A stretch of DNA of 64,000 bases from NCBI RefSeq assembly GCF_009914755.1, contig NC_060943.1. One strand, written 5' to 3'. The notes beneath the pieces were generated by a model. It was not told the DNA's origin. It was given only the letters and a program-made list of their open reading frames with translations, and did no database searches. This stretch comes from the human T2T-CHM13v2.0 reference genome, Homo sapiens. Position 1 is the first letter of the stretch; every line of letters begins with the position of its first letter. Positions 1 through 19,180 of this stretch are shown here, in pieces. Both the position numbers and the translations under genes were made by a program.

Positions 1-425
1 TAACAAAACACCAGAGACTGCGTGACTTCAACAACAAAAATTTATTTTCTCACATTTCTGTAGGCTAGAAGTCTAAGATCACTATGTCAGTATGGCTAGC
101 TCCTGGTGAGGGCTCTCTTCTCAGCTTACAGACGGCCACCTTCTTGCTTTGTTGAGAGTTGGGGGGAGTGAAGTGGGGAGTAGAGAGGAAAGTGAGAGAG
201 AGGAGGCTGGGAGAGAGAGAGAGGGAGAAAGGAGAGATAGTAGGGGGGGATAGAGAGAGAGGGAGAGAGAGGAGTCAGGTGCCAGAGAGGAGAGAGAGAA
301 GAAAGAGAAGAGGGAGAGAGGAGAGACAGAGAGGAGAAGTTAAATTTCTCCAGTGTATCTTCTTCTAAGGTCACTAACCCTCTCATGAGTACCTGAACTT
401 CATGACCTCATCTAAACCTAATTAT
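1..425 (-). mobile_element. MaLR LTR fragment (MLT1A-like) interrupted by a GA-rich expansion
   Basis: aaatttattttctcaca...ggctagaagtctaagatc...ggtgagggctctcttc and ctcatgacctcatctaaacctaatta resemble the MLT1A consensus as recalled. Confidence 0.7.
158..338 (+). repeat. Polypurine (GA/GGA)-rich low-complexity tract
   Basis: ~180 nt almost entirely G/A (gagagagaga gagggagaaa ggagagatag...). Confidence 0.9.
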
Positions 426-427
426 TG

Positions 428-1455
<1,028 letters not shown>

Positions 1456-1638
1456 CCTAGATGGCTTTCTGTAACAGGAAAGGGCCAGAGAGGAGATAAT
1501 TGGCAAGGGCTAGGGGCACTGAGGTCTGAATCTTCACAGAACCATGGCCCAGTACACATCCCTCCACACTCACACATGTGCCCCTGGGTGGAAGGATCTG
1601 TGTGAACAGGTCGGGTGGTGGTCAGAGGCTGGTGCTGA

Positions 1639-2207
<569 letters not shown>

Positions 2208-2581
2208 ACAGAAGGCCAAGGTCTGTAAGTCATGGGAGTGTGGGAATGGGGTTCCCAGTAGGGATGAAGCCTATGAATTATTAATAGAATCCGTCTATGG
2301 AGGAGACTGAGGTCTAGGGGAGAGTTGTCACTGGAGCGGAGAGGCAGGGCCTGCAAGCCAGCAGATGGATCGCAAGCGGAGCCTGGGGGTGGGGCCTGGG
2401 AGTGATGTGCTATTGGTTAAGGATCATGGGTGGGTGAGTTTGAAGCTGAGGGTGAGGCAGAGCCTAGCAATAAAGAGCTTCCTTGGGGGCAGGGCCTGAA
2501 GAGGATTGCCGCCTAAGGAGAGGGATTCACCACTGAAGGGCTGGCCTGGCGGAAGGTCTTGAAGATGAGATGCCAACTCTA

Positions 2582-5970
<3,389 letters not shown>

Positions 5971-6292
5971 AGAGAAGTAGAGACTCTTCAGAGACTCTTC
6001 TCCGATTCCAGCCTGTGCTCAGGGCTTGGCCGGGAGGGAATGGCTGGCCAGCATGGAGCTGGACAAAGGCCTAGAGGCTGGCCAGGCTAATGTGGCTGCA
6101 GGGGGTTGAGGGGGTTGCAGAAAGAGGCTCCAAAGCTTAGCCTTCTACACACGAGATTCCCACCTAGTCCAGGTGCGCCCTGATGATTTGGAAAGGAAGT
6201 TTCTGTTCAGCATGGTGTGGAGGTGGAAGTGGAGGTGGCAGTGTCATGGTTAACCCACGCATACATGTACGTGTCTCTGCCCCCGCTCCTGA

Positions 6293-7180
<888 letters not shown>

Positions 7181-8360
7181 GGGACAGTGGGGTGCGTGGG
7201 AGTGGGGATCCCCCTCGCCCCTGCGTCCCCCACCCTTGCTCTCCAATTAGGCCCACGTGGCATTTCAGTATTATTAAGTCAGGGAAGGAGCCCGGCTGGA
7301 GATGGGGGCAGGGGGAGCAGCATCCTGCCACGTGTGTGCCTGGGAGTCTGTGAGCAAGTGTGCAAGACTCCAGAAGCAGAAGCCATACTGCCACCCAGAA
7401 GCCTGGAAGGGGTGTGTGCTTGGGCTGCTGGTATGACCCCACTTTGGGCACCCCAAAAGCAATAGGCAAACTCCCCTTACCCAGACTGGCTTGGGCTCCA
7501 GGAGGGAGGCTGGGAGGCAGGACTTTCCAGAAATCGGCCCTCTAAGTCAATGTAGCACATTTTCCCCCAACCCCACCCTGGGTGGCCAAGGGTCCTCCCC
7601 CACCCCCTACTGCTCAGGGCCCCCCATTATGCCACCTCCAAAGTGGCTGCCCAGCCAGGACCATTGGCTCACCCCCACTGAAGGAATTGAAGAGGCCTCA
7701 GGCCTCAGCCTCATACCTCACCCCCTTATCCTATCCGGCCAGGACCCCCATTTCCTTGGGCACTAGGGTCCCAGGGTGGGCTCAGGGTTGGGGAAGTCCT
7801 CGCTGCCCTCTCTTCTCACCTGCTAGTCACTGGACGTACAACTCAGGAACTGAGCGAGGCTCACACTGCCCCTTCCAACCTGGGGTTGGGGGACACAGAC
7901 GCAAGAGAGCCGGAGACCCCCACCCCCGATCTGGAAAGGAAAGAGACCTGTATCTTGGTGTTTTTCTGGCTTTTTCACCCTTTCGCCTCCTGTCTTTCTG
8001 CTTCGCCCCTTCATCTTACTCTGTTTCCATTTTTCCCGGCACTTACCTGCCTTTCTCTCTGCACCTAAGTCCCTGCCGCCCTCTCTCTTTGGCCATCCTT
8101 CCTTTCCCCCACCTTGACCCAGGGAGGAGAAGGGAGAACATCACCCCCCCAAGTCACCCCCACATCTTTTCCCTTCTTGTATATTAAGGACAAAATACCA
8201 CATCATTTTGTAACTTTTTTTCTATTTATTGAACGGTGTATTACATGTCCTTTTCCTTTTTTTTTTTCAAAGATTGAACAGAAATTTTTCTTTTTAATTT
8301 TATTTTGAGACTGGGGTGCATCTCCAGAGCCACTCACACCCTCAACCTCGTTTCCTCCGC
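7181..8360 (+). other. ZSWIM4: ZSWIM4 3'UTR (end uncertain)
   Basis: Repeat-free sequence after the stop, becoming U-rich and ending at a genomic A25 run; no canonical poly(A) hexamer seen. Confidence 0.6.
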
Positions 8361-8461
8361 AAAAAAAAAAAAAAAAAAAAAAAAATGTCTGGCCTTATTT
8401 CTGGGTGCAGCGCCAAGCGAGGGGTGGGATGGGAGCGACTGCTGGCTTCATTCCATGGTAA

Positions 8462-8806
<345 letters not shown>

Positions 8807-8910
8807 TGAGGGAACACAGGGCTGAATGCGTTACCGCTGTCATTTAATCGTCACCACAGCCCTATGAGTTGGTAGGATTATCTTTTCCATTTTACAGATG
8901 AGAAAACTGA

Positions 8911-9252
<342 letters not shown>

Positions 9253-9779
9253 CTAGGACGTTTGATTTAGGACCTGGTTGGGGCCACTGACCCCTGCCCA
9301 CCCCTGACTGCAGGGTCCTTGAGCCCCTAGGAAGGGCCAAGATGGGGGTGGGGGGCGCCCTGGCTCCAGACACCAATGTTGGGGGTCCTTGTCTCCAAAT
9401 TGCTGAGCATGGGAGGCTGTGGCAGGTGTTGGTGCAGCTGGATGGGGAAGACACCCCGATCAAAAGCGGGAACCCCGGGTTTAGACTCGACCTCGGTGGG
9501 CGGGGCTCTGGCCAAGAGAAGAAAAACGGAGTGGGGGTGGTCTGTGCGTGGACACTCGCCAGGGGACGTGGCCAGGGCGTGTCTGGGATCTTGCGCCACT
9601 GAAGAGGCTCCCAGTCGTCAAATAGAGTGGGGGATGGGATCCAAAGGACGGCGAGAAAGCCCGTGGTTGTCTAAACGTCCCTGGCTCCCCGAGAAGCAGT
9701 TTCCTCGGGGCCTTCCTGCCTTTTGGATGAATGGAGATGCTGTGTCTGGGTCACTGCCAGAGCCGGGGCAGGAGAGGAC

Positions 9780-10080
9780 AGAGGCTTCCCGGAGTGGCAG
9801 GGCCCGTCGCTAGAGGGCGGGGCCCGCAGTCGGGGGCGGGACTTTGGCGGCGCTGTGCATGGGGATTGGCTTTTGGCACCGCCCCTCCGCTCGAGTGGGC
9901 CAATCGGAGACGGCCCCACCTCCTGCCCCGCCGCGCGTATTCCAGCAGGTATGTGCGGGCGGACCCGGGACTGCCCCGCGCGCTCCGTGGCGCCGCCTCG
10001 AGGTCTGGGACGGTGGAGGTGGGTGGAGAGCCCGGAGTGCACCCCTTGTGGTCCCTGCCGCCTTCGGACCTGGGGGACCC
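9780..10080. promoter_or_regulatory. Small CpG-rich element with GC boxes and two CCAAT boxes
   Basis: gggcgggg/ggggcgggac GC boxes, ATTGG at ~9865, CCAAT at ~9900, high CpG density. Confidence 0.5.
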
Positions 10081-10662
10081 TTTACTGTGCCCCTCAGGTG
10101 TCACCCACGAATGTTCCCATGTTCCTGGGGCGTCACGCAGGTCCCAGCCACATCCAAATGTCCCCCCTTAAGAACTGGGGTTTCCTTCATGTCACATCCC
10201 TCAAACCCAAGTTCCCCTCCAGCATTCTCAGATACCAGGCACCCCAAATCTTCCCCTGAGGCCTGAGTAATCCCGTAGGTCCAAGTTGCCCCCAAATGTC
10301 ACTAGCTCAAGACCCTCAGATCCTGGTTATCGCCACATGTCACCCCTCAGGCTCAGCGTTTCCCTCAGGGTCACCCCACCACCACCACTTCAGATCAGCT
10401 TCCATCCTCCCTTGATCAGCGATGTGAAAATCTTTCCACTCTAGGGTTTCCCTCATGGTCACCCCACGATCCAGGACACCCCCAAGGTCACCTTTCCAAG
10501 CACAGGATACCCTGCTGCACAGAGCAGGTGGGGCAGGGATGGGCAGGCAGGAGCCCGGAGTGCCAGGATGGTAAATTCAGGCCAATCAAAAGCTGAAACT
10601 CCAGCGATGGGAGGCAGGAGTGAATCACAGACCAGACCTTCAGGAATGAAGTCAGGGCAACT

Positions 10663-10668
10663 TTTATT
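10663..10668 (-). terminator. AATAAA poly(A) signal of pri-miR-23a~27a~24-2
   Basis: TTTATT on the plus strand ~1.75 kb downstream of pre-miR-24-2, consistent with the known polyadenylated pri-miRNA. Confidence 0.8.
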
Positions 10669-10859
10669 TACTTGAACAACAGACATGACACACAGCACGA
10701 TCTCTCCTCTCCATCCCATCCCAAGCTTCTGTCCACGACTACCCAGGGTGGGGAAAAAGGCAATGGCCCAGCCCCGATGACCTGGGGGACTTCAGTGTGC
10801 CTCCTCAGTCCCACCCAGAAAAAAGCCTCCTCCCATCTGATTTCAAGATAGTGGAGAAA

Positions 10860-11820
<961 letters not shown>

Positions 11821-12418
11821 TCAAGGCAGGGAGGATCAGCTATTCCCAGCGCCTCAGGACTAAGCACACCTGCTTGTGTCCCTTCTGGGTCCACAAGGAA
11901 CTTGTTCCATGCCCCACATGTGGGGCGGGTGTCACTGCTCCTCCCGGCAAGTTAGAAAGCTGCAGGGCCCAGCAAGAAGGGGCCAGGTCAGGTCAACCCA
12001 GCCTGATACCGGAAGCCAGGAGTTGGCATTTAACGGTCTGGAGGCCCAAGGCAGCTTCCTCTTGGGTAACTGGCTGCTAGGAAGGTGCGGGCCGGGCCAG
12101 TGCCCCTGCCAGGCTTGGGAGAGGAGGGGCCAAGCCTCCAGGCCCGGAAAGGACACAGCTGGCTTCCCTTTTAATGGAAGGGCCACCCACTCACCCACCT
12201 ATCCATGCTGGCACCACAGCCCAGCCTGAGCTGTGGCCATGCAGGGGTCCCCAGTTGCAGAGTTGGGGATCAGGGCCTGCAGCACACATTTGGGCCCAGC
12301 CAACCCCACCCACCACATCCCTCCTCCAGACACAGGTCTGATTCTGAGTCCTCATCTCTGCTCCAAGCATCAGCCCACCCAGGGAAGGCAGGGGCTGCAG
12401 GCTCCAAGGGGGCTTGAC

Positions 12419-12491
12419 CCCTGTTCCTGCTGAACTGAGCCAGTGTACACAAACCAACTGTGTTTCAGCTCAGTAGGCACGGGAGGCAGAG
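12419..12491 (-). ncRNA. MIR24-2: pre-miR-24-2; mature miR-24-3p 12442-12421
   Basis: Reverse complement contains UGGCUCAGUUCAGCAGGAACAG and 5p arm UGCCUACUGAGCUGAAACACAG. Confidence 0.98.
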
Positions 12492-12571
12492 CCCAGGGAG
12501 GCCAGGCAGCAGGATGGCAGGCAGACAGGCGGCAGCAGGGGACAGGCGGCAAGGCCAGAGGAGGTGAGGGC

Positions 12572-12649
12572 CTGGGGGGCGGAACTTAGCCACTGTGAAC
12601 ACGACTTGGCGTGGACCCTGCTCACAAGCAGCTAAGCCCTGCTCCTCAG
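12572..12649 (-). ncRNA. MIR27A: pre-miR-27a; mature miR-27a-3p 12599-12579
   Basis: Reverse complement contains UUCACAGUGGCUAAGUUCCGC and AGGGCUUAGCUGCUUGUGAGCA. Confidence 0.98.
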
Positions 12650-12718
12650 GCCAGGCACAGGCTTCGGGGCCTCTCTGCCACCCCGTCCCCGGGCAGCATC
12701 CTCGGTGGCAGAGCTCAG

Positions 12719-12791
12719 GGTCGGTTGGAAATCCCTGGCAATGTGATTTGTGACAGGAAGCAAATCCCATCCCCAGGAACCCCAGCCGGCC
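12719..12791 (-). ncRNA. MIR23A: pre-miR-23a; mature miR-23a-3p 12747-12727
   Basis: Reverse complement contains AUCACAUUGCCAGGGAUUUCC and GGGGUUCCUGGGGAUGGGAUUU. Confidence 0.98.
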
Positions 12792-12838
12792 GTGGCACAG
12801 GGGTGAGGGGGGCACCGGGCGGGGCCAGAGGCTGGCAC

Positions 12839-12880
12839 CTGGAGGGGAGAAAGAGAGAGAGAGCAAAGGAGGTAATGAGA
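12839..12880 (-). promoter_or_regulatory. 3' splice site upstream of pre-miR-23a
   Basis: Minus strand reads tctcattacctcctttgctctctctctctttctcccctccAG|GTGCC (branch point, long pyrimidine tract, AG). Confidence 0.75.
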
Positions 12881-13532
12881 TTTGGGGACACCTCCCCTCC
12901 AGGTCCCCAGATGCTTCCTTTGATCACAGGGAAGCTCTTTTCTCATATGCAGGAGCCACCACACGGGGAGCTGGAGCCTAGCTGTGCCCTCCGTTCCAGC
13001 CCCAGGACTGGAGAGGCAGAGATACCTAGAGGGCCCATGCGGGACAAGGAGGCTACAGCAACTTGCATGGCCAAGCTCCCCCCTCATTGAGCCCTGGGCA
13101 GGCCAAATGGGGCCATGGGGAGAGGAAGCCAAGGGGGGCCAGGCAGGCGGGTGAGGAAGTGATCTCACCCCAGCTGGCGCCACTTCCTAGAAGCCTGGAG
13201 GGCAGGAGGAAACCACCAGGGCCTCCCCCCCCGTGGCCCGGTCTCCTCAGTGGCCAGGGCTTAGCCCACACCCACCAGGGCGGATGCCGGCAGCAAGGCA
13301 CCCCCCTCTCTTTCTAGACACGCACCCCCCGCCCCCCAGAGCACAGGATCCAAGCTCCAAGATACAGGCCTCTCCACCCAAACAGCCCAAGGTTCAAATC
13401 CTTGCTCCACAGTTTCCCAAAGACTCTCCAAAGCTTCAGTTTCCCCATCTGTAAAATGGAGCCAAGAGCCTCTTTTGCATAGCCCAGTGAGATGTCACCG
13501 AGTATGTATGTCACTCAGTAAGTGCCCAGCAC

Positions 13533-14790
<1,258 letters not shown>

Positions 14791-16219
14791 AGTCTTTAGT
14801 GAGTGGAGCCTCTTTTGATAAGAGCCCAACACCTGGCTAGCAGACTCCAGTTTTGGAGCCCAAGTCTGCCCAGATTTGAAAGCCCCAGCTCTGCAGCTTC
14901 TGAGCTGGGTGACTCTGGGCAAGTCACTCAACCTCTCTGGGCCTCAGCTTCCCCATCTGCAAAACAGGGATAATAAGTATGGACTTCATAAGTCATGGTG
15001 AGGACCCCATGAGTGATAAACATGATCACGACAGAGCTGCTGCTGTCTTTGCCAAGGCAAAGGATAATGGAAACGTGGGTGTCTCACACCAGGACCCCAG
15101 TGTCCGCCCGATGTGGTGGCGCTCACCACTTCGAGACAGGCGGCGAGTGATGTCCTGTTTTGTCCCCTCCCTATACACACATACACACATACCAGCCACT
15201 CTTTCCCATCAGGCCCCAGCCCAGCCCTGTCCCCTTAGGGTCTGGAGGCGCCAACTGGGAGCAGGCGAGGCCCCGCAGGGCGGCCAGCCTCCCTGGGCCG
15301 CCTCCGGAAGTGAGACAGCACATTCGTGTCCCAGGGACGAGAACGGGAAGGGCGGCCATTTGGCCAGGCTCGTTTCCTGTGGGGTTTCCCCTGCACAGAG
15401 CCCAGGGCCGGGGCCAAGGCCACTCCCCATCCCCGCAGGCACAAAAGGTCTGGGTCTTGAGTGGAAGGGGTGCTGCCATGCAGGTGCCCAGGAGACAGGG
15501 TCCCCTTTACCAATCATGGTGCGCTTCTCAGGCTCTTCGGAGATGGTGTCCAGGGGGAAACCAAGCTCCCAGCAGCTGGAGGCATGAGGGAGAGGGCGGG
15601 CCCCTGGGCTAGGGAGCAAAGCAGGCCCCAGGCTGCACCAGGACACCCCGGCCAGCCAATGCATGTGGGTATGCCTGAATACCCCCTCCAGACAGCGTGT
15701 GCGTGGACCAGACACACAAGGGTATGTATGTGTACCGCTACCCCCCCAACCCCATGCTCCAAGAATGAATCAGGGGCAGCTTCCGCCGGGGGCGCCACCA
15801 CCACCTCCGCCCCCAAGCCTGGTCCCCAAATACTTTCCACCCTCACAGAGCAGCTGGGATCGGAAAATACCAAGGGCTGCAGGCCCCGCCCTGCCCGCCG
15901 CGCCACCCGCCCTCCCAGCCTGTCACTAACGCTTTGCCTAATGGGCCCAGACTCTCAGCAGAAGCTCCGTGGGCTGGGCCTCGAGCCAGCCGCCAACCTG
16001 GGCTGCCCGGCCAAGCGCCGCCTGACCAGGAGCCCCCCGCCCCTCTGCCCCAATCCCAGTGCAGCGACAATAACAACCGCCCCGATGGGCAGCCCTCAGA
16101 GGGTGGCACTGGGTAGGGAAAGTCAGGGCACTGACAAGTGGGTGGGCCCCGCTGCCCACCCAGGGCTGGGGTGGGGGGAGGCTCAGGAAGGGGTGAGTAA
16201 GTGAGGGCTGAATCACTTG

Positions 16220-16229
16220 TTATAAATAG
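16220..16229. promoter_or_regulatory. MEF2 consensus site
   Basis: TTATAAATAG fits YTA(W)4TAR within GC-rich intronic sequence of the host gene. Confidence 0.35.
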
Positions 16230-18539
16230 GGGAACCATGAAAGTGACATCCCAGCCCCCATTGCGTCCCGCCAGTCCACACTCTAACCCCCACTTAGACT
16301 TTAATCTTTCCCAGACCAATCACAGAATTCCCAGGGGCCCCCTCACCTTCATGTTGGGAACCCTTAGTAGAGTGGTACACCCCGTCATCAGGTCCACCCC
16401 TGCCTTCTCCCCACATAGGTACATTTTGCAGTGAGGGCCTGGCTGTGGGGGTCCCCTGGCCTTGAATGCAGTCACTGGTGTCTGCGCCCTATCCACCTCC
16501 CTCAACGCACCGATTCCCAGGCCCAAGGCTCAGGGCCTCTAGGCTCTCCAAGGCATTCTCAGGGTGTGGGCCACCACAGTCCTGGAGGGTGACCCCAGAA
16601 CCTAGGCCAGGCGGGAGGCCAGGGGGCTTGGCATCTTCGAAGTCAGTTCCCCAGGCACCGAGGCCCCACATCCTAGACCACCCAGCCCTGCTCTGCCCAG
16701 GGCCACAGCTCAGTGACCACACCCAGGGTGGCGCCAGCTCCAGCACCCTGGGGCAAGGCGTCGCTGGAGCGTGACTCAGCCGTGCCCAGCATGGCGGCGC
16801 CCTTCTCTGCCCAGGGATTCTCACCCACACCCACTGCCCTCCGCTCAACATCCTTCCCAGGCGACCGGCCCTAAAGGACACACCTTCCCCAGACACACCT
16901 CCGTGTCCACCCAGGACACCAGGAGGGAAGAAGGCGGCCAGGGGCGAAGTGTACACTTCTCTCCGTCCCATTTCCAAATGCTTCCCATTTATAGATAGAA
17001 TAATTAAGGCTCAGAGATTCAGACTGGGGCTTAAGGTCATGGAATAAGTCTTAAAAAAAAAAAAAAAAAAAAAAGCCAGGCCTGACTGTGGCCTAAAACA
17101 CATCCAACGTGGAAAACAGAGGTTACAGGAAGGAGTTTTCTCAAGATCACCCAAGGTTCCTGGCGCCGTTATTCATGGAGGACAGAATCCCCCACCCAGC
17201 TTTCCAAGGTGAAGGGCAAACTCCAAAAAATGCTTTAAGAGGTATCAAAGCACCACCTAGATCGGGCGAGCGGGTCACCCCAGTGTACCCACCGGGCTAA
17301 TTACCCTGGGATTGCAGATAGATGGGGGCCTGCCCCGCAGCTGCGGTCTGCATGGAACATCTGGCGTCCACTTGCATTGTTAGAGGGTGGGCACGACACG
17401 GGGGTCCCTCCTAAAGCATCCGCCTCTGCTGTCTTTCTCCAGCGAGCAAGGGTCGGCGGAGGCTCAGTGGCCAGGCCAGCACAGACAGGCCCGACCCTCT
17501 GGACACGCCCTGTCACGCATGTGCTCCGCGTGCCAGCCCCAGGCCAGGCCGGCACCTATTTTAGGGCCCCCTCTAGATCCACAGGCAAGGCCTGCCTGTT
17601 GGGGTCTTGAAGGAGCTCCCAGAGGACGTGCTGCAAGGGCAGAGGGCCATGGGTGCCTCACGGGATCAGAGAACAAAGCTAGCACCAGCCCCAGGGCCTG
17701 TGCCTTCCCAGGACATCGGCATGTGAACACATGTACCCAGGCTGGCCCGGGCAGGGCATGTGGGCGAGCGGACAGGGTGTGTCCAACATCACCTCGCCTC
17801 TAAGCCTGGGCACCTGTTGGGTACAGCCCTCCAGCTGGGGCAGGACTGCCAGAGGACACCCCTTATGCCAGGGGTCCCCCAGCCCCCAGCCTCACCCTCA
17901 TAGACCAGGAGTCAGAGGCTGCCAGCTGGGGAAGGTTGGGAAGGGGGCAGGTGACAAGGAGCCAGCTGCACAGCCAAAACATTCAAGAAGCCACTGGGTC
18001 TGGGGCCTGGCTGGGCTGGGCTGGGCTGGGCTGGGCAGGAAGGTCAGTTAGGGCTAAGGGCTTTAGGGGCAGCCAAATCTAGTGCTAAAATCAGAAAACA
18101 GTCTGGGGCTAAGACAGAGGGGTCGGGGTTCAGTCTGGGCCCTTTTAACCTCCTCCTTCAGCCAAAAGGCACGGGGACCCCAAGCTGCACAGGGCTGGTC
18201 CCCAACCTGGCTTTCCTTCCTATGCAACCTTGAATGAGCGCTTTTCTCCGAAGGGAAAGGAGACATCCCCCCAGCTCCCACCAGCCCCTGCCCAACAAGA
18301 GACCTTCCCCCTACCCAGCGGGCGACACGTCAAGAACTTGGACCGGTATCCACCCCCGCCCCCACCCAAAGAACTCTGAGAGACCCCCCCAACCCATTCC
18401 TCCCGTCCAAAGGCCAGGTCGGGGGGCTAGGAGTGGGGGAGGCATATGCATATCCAAGCCCCTCAACCCAAGCCCCATGTCCGAGCCGGACACAAGCCCT
18501 CCCACCCTGACAACTCTCTGCCCACCTTGACCTGCCCAA

Positions 18540-19180
18540 GTCGCGCGGGGACCCGCCCTCCCCACCGCATTCCCATGCGTCCCCTGGGGGGTCGGGGTGG
18601 AGGGGCCACTGGGAAGGGAACAGAGGCCGGGCCGCCCTTCCCCCGCTCCGTAGGGGGCGCCCCGGGACTCCGCGGCCGCCGTCGCCACCGTCAGACGCAC
18701 TGTCCCCGATCCCCGACCCACCCCGGGCGGCGGGGCGCTCAAGGCGCGCGGGGCGGCGCCCTCGCCTTCTCGCAACGCTCTTGGGGACCCGCCGGGCGCA
18801 GCCCCACTCCGCCCACGAGCCAGGCGCGGAAAAGTTGCCGGCGCCGCTGCCGCCGAGGCGCCGATCGCTCCCGGCCTCCCTCCTGGGTCCCTCCTGACTT
18901 CCACTTACCCGCGGGGGGAGGGGAGCCGGGCGCGCACTCCGGGCTCCGGCCGCCGCCCCGGGCCGGGCCGGCCGAGGCTCAGGCGGGCGGGCTGCGGGCC
19001 CGAGACCGGCCGGGGGCGGCCGCCGGCCGCGCTCCACCCCACTCACTGGCCGGCCAGCCGCGGGGCCGAATCGCTTTTAAAACCTTCCCGTCTCCTCCCC
19101 CCCTCCCCGGGCCGGGCAGGGGGCGGGCGCGGGGCGGGGCAGGCGTCGCCGTCATGTGCCCCCGAGCCGGCCCGCCCCCA
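18540..19180 (-). promoter_or_regulatory. CpG island promoter (miR-23a cluster host)
   Basis: Very CpG-dense; GC boxes 19118-19140; TTTAAAAG TATA-like (19081-19074, minus); CCAGT Inr-like at ~19047; donor at 18908. Confidence 0.75.

Noticed and set aside
126-386. E/R/G-rich and L/S/P-rich ORFs
   Set aside because: Translation of the polypurine tract
7181-8360. Autoregulatory seed sites for miR-23/24/27/181 in the ZSWIM4 3'UTR
   Set aside because: Only a 6-mer (CTGTGA, ~7348) noticed, which is chance level
17555-17565. CCTATTTTAGG as a CArG or MEF2 site
   Set aside because: Seven A/T between CC and GG and wrong spacing for MEF2; non-consensus
18008-18036. (GGGCT)n resembling immunoglobulin switch repeats
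   Set aside because: Only about five units; an ordinary short tandem repeat
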